A DNA stretch of 64,000 bases from an uncultured Spirochaetaceae bacterium (lineage in GTDB: Bacteria > Spirochaetota > Spirochaetia > DSM-16054 > Sediminispirochaetaceae). The position numbers and the translations under genes were made by a program. Shown piece after piece: positions 55,507-64,000 of this stretch. The number at the start of each line of letters is the position of its first letter. Positions within the stretch are counted from its first letter, which is position 1. The stretch covers positions 1,195 to 65,194 of the forward strand of contig CAZQNO010000001.1 in the NCBI GenBank assembly GCA_964594775.1, in the 5' to 3' direction. A model generated the notes under the pieces. That model did no database searches, had not been told where the DNA came from, and worked only from the letters and a program-made list of their open reading frames with translations.

Positions 55507-57068
55507 CTCTCGCGCCTCCGCTTCGCTAAGTGCTGCAGCATTTCTACCTTCAAGAATCTATACATAAGGTAGTAGATAATCGATGCCGCGGCAAGCTGTA
55601 TGAGCAGAATTCCCAGTCCCGCGAAAGAGGAGCCCTTTATCCAATAGGGGCCGAAGCAGTGTTGCAGCATCTTAAGAACGATAAAAACCGGCAGCGATGA
55701 AAGAAGGCTCTTTCCCAAACTCCGTGCGATACCGCGAAACGAGATTCCTCGGAGAACGCGGAACGCCGCAAGGAGGAGAATTGCCGTACCGACGCTAAAG
55801 GATATCGAATTGGCAATGGCGAGTCCGCTGACCCGCAGCCGGGTTTCCTTGAGGATGAGGGAAAGACCGATATCGAGGGAGGCGACGATAACTGCGGTAA
55901 TGAAGGGAAGCCGATAATTTCTTGCGGAATAGAAAAAGCGCTGCAGAAAATTGAAGGCGCCCACGCTCAAGAGTCCGAAGCAGTAGGCGGTGAGGATTTT
56001 TGCCGTAAGCATCGTGTTTTCGACGGAAAAAAGGCCTCTCTGTATGGCGATTGAAATAATCTCTTCATTTAGAACAGAGAGGACAACGGCCGATGGAATG
56101 AGGAGAATGAGGAGGAAGCGGATTCCATACTGAATGCTGCGGCGAAGTCCACTAATATCGTTTTGCGCGAATTGTCTGCTCATCTGAGGAAAAAGCACCG
56201 TGCTTATAGATGCGGAGAAGATGCCGAAGGGGAGTTGAAAAAATACCAGGGCATAGGAGAGGGCCGAAGCGCTTCCCGTCTCAAGGCCGGAGGCGAGAAG
56301 AAATGCGACCTGCTGGTTGACGGTAAATACCGAAGATGTCGCTAGTACCGGCAGCCACTGACGGATTACCCGCTTGAAATCGGGATTGCCGAAGGAGAAA
56401 TTCGGGCCGAGCCGGTAACCGAGTCTATGGAAGAGCGGAAGCTGAAAGAGTACTTGTGCCGCACCTCCGAGCAGAACACCGACGGCCATGGAATACACGC
56501 CGATTCTCTTATGCAGCAGGAGAGTTGAAGAGATTACCGCAAGCGAAAAGAGAATGGGGGTAACTGCGGGAATGAAAAACCTGCTATGGCTGTTAAGCAC
56601 GCCAATGAGAACCGAGCTGAGACCGATGAACAGGAGGTAGTTGATGAAGAAGCGAAAAAGCGAGGCGGAAAGTGCGATTTTTTCCGGATCATCGAATTGG
56701 GTCAGTACATGGGATATCAGCTGTCTGGAAAAAAGCACGGACAAAAGGCAGAGGGGAATAATAATGAGAAGCTGAAAACTTATGATCTGTTGAACCAAGG
56801 GGCCGGATCTGGGCCGAGAATCCTCTTCCTTGTTCACCGCCTCGGATACGACAGGAATAAAGGCAGATGAGAGAGCGCCTTCGGCTAAAAGCTTTCTTAA
56901 GTTGTTCGGCACGGCGAAGGTGATGTTGATGATGTCGGCCTTTCCCGTTGCACCGAATACGGCGCTGATAACGGCTGTCCGGAAAAACCCGAGGAGTCTC
57001 GACACAAAGGTACTGGAAGCTACGGTGAGAGTCGAACGGGTGTTTTGTCTGCGGGGTTCTTCTTTCAT
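55503..57068 (-). CDS. murJ: Lipid II flippase MurJ (MviN)
   Basis: It carries VSRLLGFFRTAVISAVFGATGKADIINITFAVPNLRKLLAEGALSSAFIPV-type motifs and about 14 TM segments. There are ATGA overlaps at both ends. Confidence 0.9.
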   Translation of the reverse strand: MKEEPRRQNTRSTLTVASSTFVSRLLGFFRTAVISAVFGATGKADIINITFAVPNNLRKLLAEGALSSAFIPVVSEAVNKEEDSRPRSGPLVQQIISFQLLIIIPLCLLSVLFSRQLISHVLTQFDDPEKIALSASLFRFFINYLLFIGLSSVLIGVLNSHSRFFIPAVTPILFSLAVISSTLLLHKRIGVYSMAVGVLLGGAAQVLFQLPLFHRLGYRLGPNFSFGNPDFKRVIRQWLPVLATSSVFTVNQQVAFLLASGLETGSASALSYALVFFQLPFGIFSASISTVLFPQMSRQFAQNDISGLRRSIQYGIRFLLILLIPSAVVLSVLNEEIISIAIQRGLFSVENTMLTAKILTAYCFGLLSVGAFNFLQRFFYSARNYRLPFITAVIVASLDIGLSLILKETRLRVSGLAIANSISFSVGTAILLLAAFRVLRGISFRGIARSLGKSLLSSLPVFIVLKMLQHCFGPYWIKGSSFAGLGILLIQLAAASIIYYLMYRFLKVEMLQHLAKRRRER

Positions 57069-58174
57069 CTGTCGAGGTAGTCCCTTTTGAATTCGAGAAA
57101 GCGGTTCTCGCGAATGCTCGTTTTTATCTGTTCGACAAAATCATGAAGAAACTCTAGGTTGTGCTCTGTGGCGAGCATGGAACCGAGAATTTCGTTTGTT
57201 TTGAAAAGGTGACGAAGGTAGCCTCTTGAATAGGAAGTACAGGCGCGGCAGCTGCAGCCCTCCTGAATTGGTCCGGTATCGAAGGCGTGTTTTGCCTTCT
57301 TCAGGGAGATGCTGCCTGCCCGGGTAAAGACGGTTCCGTTGCGCGCCGTCCGAGTCGCGAAAACGCAGTCGAACATGTCGATACCCTGCTCAACCGCTTC
57401 TAAAATGTAGTCCGGTGTTCCAATCCCCATGAGATAGCGCGGTTTATCCCGGGGAAGCAGCTGCGCGGTAGAGGAAAGAGTATCAACGAAGAGAGAGAAC
57501 TCCTCCCCGACGGACAGACCGCCGACGGCTATACCGGGAAGGTCGAGTTCCAAAATCTCTTCCGCGCTCCTCCTGCGCAGGTCCGGGAAAAAATTTCCCT
57601 GAATTATGCCGAAAAGCGCGCCTTGATAATCGGAGGGACCCTCATTTCTGCGCTTTTTGCTTCTCTTCGCCCAATCGCTCGTTGTTTCGAGGGCCTGGAG
57701 TGCCTTCTCGTAGGCGATACCGGCAGCGGTACAGACGTCGAGACACATGGCTATGTCGCTTCCGAAGCCTATCTGCAGATCCACCACATCTTCCGGACTA
57801 AGAAAATGAGAGGAACCGTCAATATGACTCCGAAAACGGACCCCTTCGGCCTCGATTTTACGAAATGGCGAGAGGGAAAAAACCTGATACCCTCCACTGT
57901 CGGTGAGGATGTTTCCCCGCCAATTGCTGAACTCATGAAGTCCGCCGTAGTGACGAATCACTTCAATTCCCGGACGGAGATAGAGGTGGTAGGTGTTGCC
58001 GAGGATGAGTCGGTAGCCCATCTCTTCGAGACTATCGTGATGTATGGCTTTTACCGTGGCGTTTGTGCCTACGGGCATATATACGGGAGTTTCGATATCG
58101 CCATGTGCCAGATGCAGAACTCCCGTTCGAGCCTTGCAATTGTGGTCGCGGTGTTCGGTCGTAAAAATCATCAT
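57065..58174 (-). CDS. tgt: tRNA-guanine transglycosylase (queuine tRNA-ribosyltransferase)
   Basis: It carries ARTGVLHLAHGDIETPVYMPVGT, LGNTYHL, ILTDSGGYQVFSL and GLSVGE, and the zinc site CSCRACTSYSRGYLRHL. I place the start at the ATG at 58174, giving 369 aa. The track start at 58498 lies inside lptG. Confidence 0.93.
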   Translation of the reverse strand: MMIFTTEHRDHNCKARTGVLHLAHGDIETPVYMPVGTNATVKAIHHDSLEEMGYRLILGNTYHLYLRPGIEVIRHYGGLHEFSNWRGNILTDSGGYQVFSLSPFRKIEAEGVRFRSHIDGSSHFLSPEDVVDLQIGFGSDIAMCLDVCTAAGIAYEKALQALETTSDWAKRSKKRRNEGPSDYQGALFGIIQGNFFPDLRRRSAEEILELDLPGIAVGGLSVGEEFSLFVDTLSSTAQLLPRDKPRYLMGIGTPDYILEAVEQGIDMFDCVFATRTARNGTVFTRAGSISLKKAKHAFDTGPIQEGCSCRACTSYSRGYLRHLFKTNEILGSMLATEHNLEFLHDFVEQIKTSIRENRFLEFKRDYLDR

Positions 58175-58179
58175 TGTCC

Positions 58180-59259
58180 TTACGTTTTTGCCAGTCGGAG
58201 CAAGACGAGGCCCAAGGCGAAAAACACCAGCACCGAACCCCAGGCACCCACTGCGGGAACGATGATACCCTGTTTTGCAAAAAGTCCCAAGACCATATCG
58301 CCGACGTAGTACACAACAGAGAGGAGCAGACTGGAGAGGAGGCTCATAAGAACGACATTTTTCTTCAGCCGATTCCCTATTCCACAGGATAGGAGGCTCA
58401 CGATAAAGGGAGTAAAGGCAAAGGCGAAGCGGGAGTAATAATCGGTTAACGCGCCGTAATAGGAGGGACGGCCGGACCTTCGAAGGGTGCGTATCCACTC
58501 CTTCGCCTGTCTGAGAGAGAGTTGATCGATATCCTTCTCCCTCCGCTGGAAATAGGAGGGGGCGGCATCGAAAAGGGGATCTTCGTAGAGTCTCTGCATA
58601 TTCGCATCGAGACGATCCTGTCCCTCCCTGCGGCGGTAGATGACGGCATTATGCAATACCCAACCGCCGCTATATTCGGCCCAATCACAGTCGATCCTCG
58701 AAAGAAAGTTCCCCTCCTCATCGCGATGAATAACGGTAAGATTGGAAAGAGTCATTTTTTCGTCGTTGTAGTAGTCTGCCCTGTACACCGATCTGCCGTT
58801 TTCTCCCAGCACCGTCACGTTCGGATTATTCAAGTTGCCGGCACGTCCGAGCAGCGTATCCTGCAGGGCGTTCTTTTTTGCAAAACTTTCTATTATCACC
58901 GTTTCATGAAAGTAAAAGTATCCTATGCTCAATACTATCCCCGAAACAATAAAGGGGACGACCAAGAGAAAATACGGGATACCTCCGCCGAGGACAGCGA
59001 TGAGTTCGTTCGATGCGTAGAGGCTTCCCAAAGTATAGGCGACGGCAAAGAGAAGGGCCGCCGGCAGGGCGAAGCCGATGCATTTCGGCAGATAGCGGTA
59101 CATGACTCGAAGGATCTGCAAAACGGTTGCATCATTCTGCACATAGCGCCAGAGATTTGCGAAGAGATCTACCAGTTCCAAGGTGACGACAAAAAAGACG
59201 AGGGCGCCGATACCTACCGGGATGAAGCTTTTCAAGAGCATCTTATACAAGGTCTTCAT
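58180..59259 (-). CDS. lptG: LptF/LptG (YjgP/YjgQ) family permease, second of pair
   Basis: It has six TM segments with a large periplasmic loop. The N-terminus MKTLYKMLLKSFIPVGIGALVFF is typical of the family. The ATG at 59259 overlaps the stop of the upstream paralogue (ATGA). Confidence 0.78.
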   Translation of the reverse strand: MKTLYKMLLKSFIPVGIGALVFFVVTLELVDLFANLWRYVQNDATVLQILRVMYRYLPKCIGFALPAALLFAVAYTLGSLYASNELIAVLGGGIPYFLLVVPFIVSGIVLSIGYFYFHETVIIESFAKKNALQDTLLGRAGNLNNPNVTVLGENGRSVYRADYYNDEKMTLSNLTVIHRDEEGNFLSRIDCDWAEYSGGWVLHNAVIYRRREGQDRLDANMQRLYEDPLFDAAPSYFQRREKDIDQLSLRQAKEWIRTLRRSGRPSYYGALTDYYSRFAFAFTPFIVSLLSCGIGNRLKKNVVLMSLLSSLLLSVVYYVGDMVLGLFAKQGIIVPAVGAWGSVLVFFALGLVLLRLAKT

Positions 59260-60539
59260 GCCCGACTCCTGAAATAGAAGAGAATAATGCCGGCGGTGAA
59301 AATGAGAATATTCGGAAGCCACATAGCGAGAGACGGATTGATCGACATCCTGAGACCCAGAGTCTGGCCTGCAAAGAGAAGTGCCCAGTAGAACACCGAC
59401 ACAATAAGGCCCATGCCGAAGCCGACACTCCTTCCCGTTTTCCTGGCTATTCCCCCCAGGGGAAAGGCGAAGAAAACGAAGGCGAGACAGCCGAAGGGAA
59501 TGGCGATTTTCTTATGAAACTCGAGCAGGTGTAGTTGAAGTGAGCGGTCGTAGAGGGGGCGCCGGTAAGCAGCCTCAGTCGAAAGGGCCTTACGAGAGAG
59601 ATTGAGAAGCGGTTTCGGATCTTCGCGTTTGTAGTAATCATAGTAGGCGTTAACGAGTTCCAGCCGCTTCTTGGCATCTTCCCGTTTTCGCAGCTCTCGT
59701 CTCTCTTCGAGGGCCGCTCTCTTCGTCTGTATCTCCCCCCACACATCGATGCTTCCCATTTCCCGCGGGGTGAGTGAATGAATGGAGAAGCTCATGCTCT
59801 GCAGGAGAATGTTGTACTCCATTCTGCGTGAAAAGAAGTATTCGTAGTCCATTTTTCGCTTACTAGCGGCCGCATGCCCAAAGACCGATTCCAGACGCAG
59901 ACTCACTACCCCGCTCTGCCTGCCGCTTTCCGTCAGGACAGCCCTGTCTGAGGCGATGACACGCCTTTTGCCGTCGTCGGTGCTGTCGATTATGAGCAGG
60001 TCCTCTACTCCGTTTTCCGATACATCTCCGGTAACGAGGATGGTATCACCATAACGGTGAACCGAGTAGGGTTCGAGCTCGAGAGCCGGATTTGAGTAGA
60101 GAATATCCCGGTATAGCCGCGCAAAGGCGATGGTGCCCCGAGGAAGAAAGTAGTCACCGGCAACAAAGGAGACGAGAGAGAAGATGAGTCCGGCGGCAGC
60201 GAAGGGAAGAAACAGCCTCTTGTAGGAAATACCGGCTGCCCTTAGAGCAAGGATTTCATTGTCGGCGGACAGCCTTCCCGCCGCCATAAGAGCCCCTACG
60301 AGAGACGAGAAGGGAAAAGTAAAGGTGATTATTGCGGGAAGGGAATAGAGTACGAGAAGGGCCACGTCTATGAGGGCTACATTTTTCGAAAGGATCTCTT
60401 CGGCGAGGAGCAGCAATTGGTTTATAAAGAAGATAGCGAAGAAAAAGAGAAATGCTACGAAAAAGGAAAATAGATATTCTTTTGCGATGTAGAGGTAAAC
60501 GGTTGCATGGGAAGATCGGCCCCAAAAAGGTCTCTCCAT
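59256..60539 (-). CDS. lptF: LptF/LptG (YjgP/YjgQ) family permease, first of pair
   Basis: It carries YLYIAKEYLFSFFVAFLFFFAIFFINQLL and has the same topology as its neighbour. Confidence 0.78.
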   Translation of the reverse strand: MERPFWGRSSHATVYLYIAKEYLFSFFVAFLFFFAIFFINQLLLLAEEILSKNVALIDVALLVLYSLPAIITFTFPFSSLVGALMAAGRLSADNEILALRAAGISYKRLFLPFAAAGLIFSLVSFVAGDYFLPRGTIAFARLYRDILYSNPALELEPYSVHRYGDTILVTGDVSENGVEDLLIIDSTDDGKRRVIASDRAVLTESGRQSGVVSLRLESVFGHAAASKRKMDYEYFFSRRMEYNILLQSMSFSIHSLTPREMGSIDVWGEIQTKRAALEERRELRKREDAKKRLELVNAYYDYYKREDPKPLLNLSRKALSTEAAYRRPLYDRSLQLHLLEFHKKIAIPFGCLAFVFFAFPLGGIARKTGRSVGFGMGLIVSVFYWALLFAGQTLGLRMSINPSLAMWLPNILIFTAGIILFYFRSRA

Positions 60540-60550
60540 TTTCCTATAGC

Positions 60551-60988
60551 TCAGGCGCCGGTCGAACCGAATCCTCCTTCACCTCTCTCTGTATTCGAGA
60601 GGGAATCGGAGGGGTAGAACTCGGCCTGTACAACCGGAGCGAAAACAAGTTGTGCTATTCGCATCCCCGGTTCGACGGAAAAGTTCTCATTGCCGTGGTT
60701 TATGAGAATCACCTTAATCTCACCGCGGTAATCTGCATCGATGGTCCCGGGGGAATTGAGAAGGCCTATTCCGTGTTTCGCTGCGAGACCGGATCGCGGT
60801 CTTACCTGCGCTTCGAAACCTTCCGGTATTTCAAGACGAATTCCCGTAGGAACGGTTGCCCGTTCCCCGGGAGCTAGTGCAAGCGGAGAATCTATGCATG
60901 CGGTGATATCCGCGCCGGCGGCGCCGCCGGATGAGTAGGAGGGAATCTTACCGGACTGAAAGCTTCCGTGTACGATCATCTTCTGCAT
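60551..60988 (-). CDS. dut: dUTP diphosphatase
   Basis: It carries [30 protein letters not shown] and a C-terminal [10 protein letters not shown]. Confidence 0.95.
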   Translation of the reverse strand: MQKMIVHGSFQSGKIPSYSSGGAAGADITACIDSPLALAPGERATVPTGIRLEIPEGFEAQVRPRSGLAAKHGIGLLNSPGTIDADYRGEIKVILINHGNENFSVEPGMRIAQLVFAPVVQAEFYPSDSLSNTERGEGGFGSTGA

Positions 60989-61029
60989 GGCACGGCCCTC
61001 CGCTTCGCACAGTATGTCGTGCGTTTTCT

Positions 61030-63276
61030 CTAGTCTCGGTGACGGTCGTGTCCGCCCCGGTCTCCTCTGTTTCCTCTGTCTCTTTGATTTCCTCTCCCGC
61101 GGCTGTCACGGCTGTCGCGCCGTCCTCCGCGGTCTCTGTCTCTGCTGTCCCTATCGGAAGAACCGGAGGGCGAATCGCCGGAGTCTCCGGAATTACCGCC
61201 GTCAACGGCATCTACGTAACTGAGGTTGAGTCTTCCCATTCGGTCAACTTCCAAAAGTTTCACGGGAATCTGTTGGCCAAGTTCCAGTACATCTTCAACC
61301 GATTCGACTCTGTGCCTTGCCAGTTTGGATATGTGGCAGAGCCCCTCTTTACCGGGAAGTATTTCGACGAAAGCGCCGAAGTCGACTAGGCGCTTAACCG
61401 TTCCCTCGTAGATCTTTCCCGGTTCGGGTTCTTCTATGAGCTGCCTGACAAGCTCTTCGGCCGTCTCCGCCTGCTTATGGGTCTTACCGAAGATCAGCAC
61501 CTTGCCGTAGTCGTCTATGTTTACGTCCGCGCCGCTCTTCTCGCTCACCATCTTTATATTCTTGCCTCCCGGTCCGATTATGGTACCGATTTGATCTTCT
61601 TTTACCTGAAGACTCGTGATCTTCGGTGCATACTCGGATAGATCGTCGCTGGGAAGCTCGATGGTTTTGTTCATGATATCGAGGATGTGTATCCGCCCTC
61701 TGCGCGCCTGATCGAGGGCCTTTGCCATCAGCTCGCTGCTCACTCCCGCTATCTTGATGTCCATCTGAAAACCGGTTATTCCATCTACGGTACCGGCAAC
61801 TTTGAAGTCCATGTCGCCGAGATGATCCTCCTCGCCGAGAATGTCGCTGAGAATAACCGAGCGTTCACCGTCGCTGATCAATCCCATGGCGATGCCGGCG
61901 ACGGGTTTCTTTATTTTTACCCCCGCATGAAGGAGGGAGAGCGAGCTGCCGCACACCGTGGCCATGGAGGACGATCCGTTGGACTCGAGGATTTCCGAAA
62001 CGATACGGATGGTATAGGGAAAAGTATCCTTCTCGGGAAGGACCGCCTCGACCGCCCGCAGGGCCAGGTGTCCGTGTCCAATTTCTCTTCTGCCGGTACC
62101 GATTCTTCCCGTTTCACCGACGGAAAAGGGAGGAAAGTTGTAGTGGAGCATAAAGTGCTCATGGCTCACGTCCCCGTCGATATTGTCGATGAGCTTTTCA
62201 TCGCGCGTAGTTCCGAGAGTGGTAATTGCCAAAGCCTGGGTTTCCCCTCTGGTAAAGAGAGCGCTTCCGTGCGTCCGGGGAAGAACTCCCACTTCGCAGG
62301 AAATGGGGCGGATGTCTTCGGGACCCCGTCCGTCGGTTCTCAGCTCCTTATCGAGAATGGAACCGCGTACGATTTCCGTTTCCAAATCTTCCATAAGATG
62401 GGTAAACTGCTTTCCCTGTTCTTCGGGAATGGATTGCTCGAACTGATCCCGCGTTTCACGAATGACCTGGCGGATTGCTGTACCACGCTCCATCTTTCCC
62501 TTTACAAAACAGGCCTTCTCCATCTTCGGCAGGGCAAAATTGCGGATTTCCTCTTCCATTTCCAGCCCCGCAGGAGCGTCCATGAGGGGGAGTTTTTCCT
62601 TTCCTGCTGCTGCGGCAAGCTCTTTCTGTGCCTTACAGATATCGGCGATTATCGGTTCGGCCTTTTTAATCGCCTCGAGCATCAGTTCCTCGGGAACTTC
62701 GCAAGCACCGCCTTCTACCATCGTGATACCACTTTCCGTACCTGAGACGACGATCTCGAGATCGCTCTCTTCGATTTGAGAAAAACTCGGGTTAATGATA
62801 ATCTCTCCATTGAGAGAGGCGACCCTAAGAGCGGCAACCGGTCCGTCAAAGGGAATATCGGAAATGGTAACGGCGGCAGAGGATGCGACCATCGCAATAA
62901 CGTCGGGCGGATTAATCTGGTCGGCCGAGATGACCGTCGGAACTATCTGAATATCTCGCTTGAACTGCTTGGAGAAGAGCGGACGCAAAGGACGGTCGAT
63001 GAGACGGCATACGAGAATTTCTTTGTCTTTCGGACGTCCCTCTCGTTTGAGGAAACCGCCGGGAATCTTTCCCGCGGCATAGTATTTTTCGTTGTATTCG
63101 ACCATGAGGGGGACATAGTCGAGGCCTTCTACGTCTTCGCTGCCGCAGCATGCGGTGGCAAGAATAGCAGTCCCCTCGTAATGAGCAAAAACTGCGCCGT
63201 TGGCCTGTTTCGCCATTTTTCCCGTTTCGAGTACGAGTTCTTTATCACCTAACGGTATTCTCACTTCGTGAGTCAT
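61030..63276 (-). CDS. pnp: Polyribonucleotide nucleotidyltransferase (PNPase) with Arg/Asp/Gly-rich C-terminal tail
   Basis: It has two RNase PH domains ([13 protein letters not shown]..., [13 protein letters not shown]...), a KH domain ([13 protein letters not shown]) and an S1 domain ([17 protein letters not shown]). A tail of about 55 aa follows ([51 protein letters not shown]). Confidence 0.97.
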   Translation of the reverse strand: MTHEVRIPLGDKELVLETGKMAKQANGAVFAHYEGTAILATACCGSEDVEGLDYVPLMVEYNEKYYAAGKIPGGFLKREGRPKDKEILVCRLIDRPLRPLFSKQFKRDIQIVPTVISADQINPPDVIAMVASSAAVTISDIPFDGPVAALRVASLNGEIIINPSFSQIEESDLEIVVSGTESGITMVEGGACEVPEELMLEAIKKAEPIIADICKAQKELAAAAGKEKLPLMDAPAGLEMEEEIRNFALPKMEKACFVKGKMERGTAIRQVIRETRDQFEQSIPEEQGKQFTHLMEDLETEIVRGSILDKELRTDGRGPEDIRPISCEVGVLPRTHGSALFTRGETQALAITTLGTTRDEKLIDNIDGDVSHEHFMLHYNFPPFSVGETGRIGTGRREIGHGHLALRAVEAVLPEKDTFPYTIRIVSEILESNGSSSMATVCGSSLSLLHAGVKIKKPVAGIAMGLISDGERSVILSDILGEEDHLGDMDFKVAGTVDGITGFQMDIKIAGVSSELMAKALDQARRGRIHILDIMNKTIELPSDDLSEYAPKITSLQVKEDQIGTIIGPGGKNIKMVSEKSGADVNIDDYGKVLIFGKTHKQAETAEELVRQLIEEPEPGKIYEGTVKRLVDFGAFVEILPGKEGLCHISKLARHRVESVEDVLELGQQIPVKLLEVDRMGRLNLSYVDAVDGGNSGDSGDSPSGSSDRDSRDRDRGGRRDSRDSRGRGNQRDRGNRGDRGGHDRHRD

Positions 63277-63292
63277 GATTGTTTCCTTTAGT

Positions 63293-63562
63293 TTATTTTC
63301 GTAGATTGAGTTTCTTCAGCAATTCTCTATAGCTTTCCAAGTCGGTCTTCTTGAGATACTTCAAGAGGCTTCTCCGCTGACCTACGAGCTTCAGCAAACC
63401 TCTCCTTCCCGCATGATCCTTCTTAAACTGCTTTAGGTGTTCGGTAAGTTCTTGAATGCGTTCGGTAATAAGCGCGATCTGCACCTCTGTTGAACCGGTG
63501 TCCTTATCGTTTTCGCCGAATTCCTTAACAATTTCCAGCTTTCTCTCCTTGGTAAGTGCCAT
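63293..63562 (-). CDS. rpsO: 30S ribosomal protein S15
   Basis: It is 89 aa with [48 protein letters not shown], and it shows the conserved rpsO-pnp adjacency. Confidence 0.97.
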   Translation of the reverse strand: MALTKERKLEIVKEFGENDKDTGSTEVQIALITERIQELTEHLKQFKKDHAGRRGLLKLVGQRRSLLKYLKKTDLESYRELLKKLNLRK

Positions 63563-63566
63563 GTGT

Positions 63567-64000
63567 TTAAGCTCCTTCTTCTATTTTCCGTAGCACATCT
63601 ATGGTTTTGATTTCACCCTGACGAGTCTGTGTCCATACAATCTCTTCGTTGTCGATTTCGATCTTTCCACGAACGTCATTGTCAGGGCCTTTCATAGTGA
63701 CAAGGTAGCTTCCCGAAGGGGGGAGCACCTGTTCTAAGCCGTCCTTTTCTATCCTTCGTCTTTTTCCTTCCCTCTCAACCGGAGACGAGGCAATATCGAG
63801 ACTGAAAACTCGGTCCATCATTCTCTTCGCCTCTTCGATCTCTCCTTCGCGTAGGGCAGCACGTATCCTCGTGCTGCTCAGTGTCGCCCCCTTCCAGCTT
63901 ACGGGGGTCTCAATATATACGGGGATTCCCTCTTCTGCAAGAATATCCCGCGCATCGTAGGCGCTGGTGTCTCCACGGTGTCCGCAGCGGAAGTTATCTC
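63567..64000 (-). CDS. ribF: Bifunctional riboflavin kinase / FMN adenylyltransferase, C-terminal part (gene continues beyond the right edge)
   Basis: The frame stays open upstream of the track ATG (63821) all the way to 64000. The translation reads ...[65 protein letters not shown]...PPSGSYLV. The position upstream of rpsO is the conserved one. Confidence 0.85.
   Translation of the reverse strand, partial: DNFRCGHRGDTSAYDARDILAEEGIPVYIETPVSWKGATLSSTRIRAALREGEIEEAKRMMDRVFSLDIASSPVEREGKRRRIEKDGLEQVLPPSGSYLVTMKGPDNDVRGKIEIDNEEIVWTQTRQGEIKTIDVLRKIEEGA

Noticed and set aside
61687-62745. A 352-aa plus-strand ORF antisense to pnp. Similar long antisense ORFs occur at 8644-9348, 10009-10767, 15152-15793, 25672-26397, 31733-32317, 37595-38188, 50841-51455, 57623-58309 and 58522-59277.
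   Set aside because: Each lies entirely inside a confidently identified gene on the other strand. Their compositions are Arg/Gly/Ser-rich and unlike real proteins, with no recognisable motifs. They are the usual shadow ORFs of mid-GC coding DNA.
1-64000. A window-wide look for mobile elements, integrases, toxin-antitoxin pairs, restriction or defence genes, CRISPR arrays, and tRNA-adjacent islands next to tRNA-Tyr.
   Set aside because: I recognised no transposase, integrase or recombinase motifs. There are no direct or inverted terminal repeats around the tRNA. GC content looks even by eye and housekeeping synteny is continuous throughout.

Overview
This window looks like an ordinary core chromosomal segment of about 50% GC, read here as coming from a member of the Spirochaetia. 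The taxonomic guess rests on a 915-aa long-form GreA, a giant FlgD-Ig/OmpA periplasmic protein, and many TPR or HEAT proteins with signal peptides; it is an inference, not a database result. I support about 52 protein genes, one tRNA-Tyr(GUA) and the RNase P RNA. I found no rRNA, CRISPR array, IS element, prophage or recognisable defence island. Recognisable blocks on the plus strand are mltG-dnaG-rpoD-(DUF164 zinc ribbon)-rnpB and mreB-mreC-mreD-mrdA-rodA-(radical SAM TIGR03960/DUF2344 fusion). On the minus strand they are rpsA-cmk-rluB-scpB-scpA-recA in coordinate order, dtd plus three secreted TPR/coiled-coil genes, rpe, a beta-eliminating lyase plus NSS transporter operon, and ribF-rpsO-pnp-dut-lptF-lptG-tgt-murJ-HEAT. 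Many neighbouring genes are joined by 4-nt ATGA/TTGA overlaps. Several ORF-track entries are over-extended at the N-terminus, and I give corrected starts. Two conserved genes (scpB and a ykgJ-like gene) can only encode their conserved N-termini from non-ATG/GTG/TTG starts. No clearly new multi-gene system stands out. The best candidates for a second look are listed here.
- A tight cluster of a GAF/sigma-54 activator, a TPR protein, a CHASE2 cyclase and a lipoprotein.
- A terminator-containing structured leader at the left edge.
- The domain architecture of the long GreA.
- The 8x Ig-like OmpA-family protein.
- Cys-rich PAS-like sensor modules in two paralogous REC-PAS-HisKA_2 kinases.
All functional calls come from motif recognition by eye; no searches were run.
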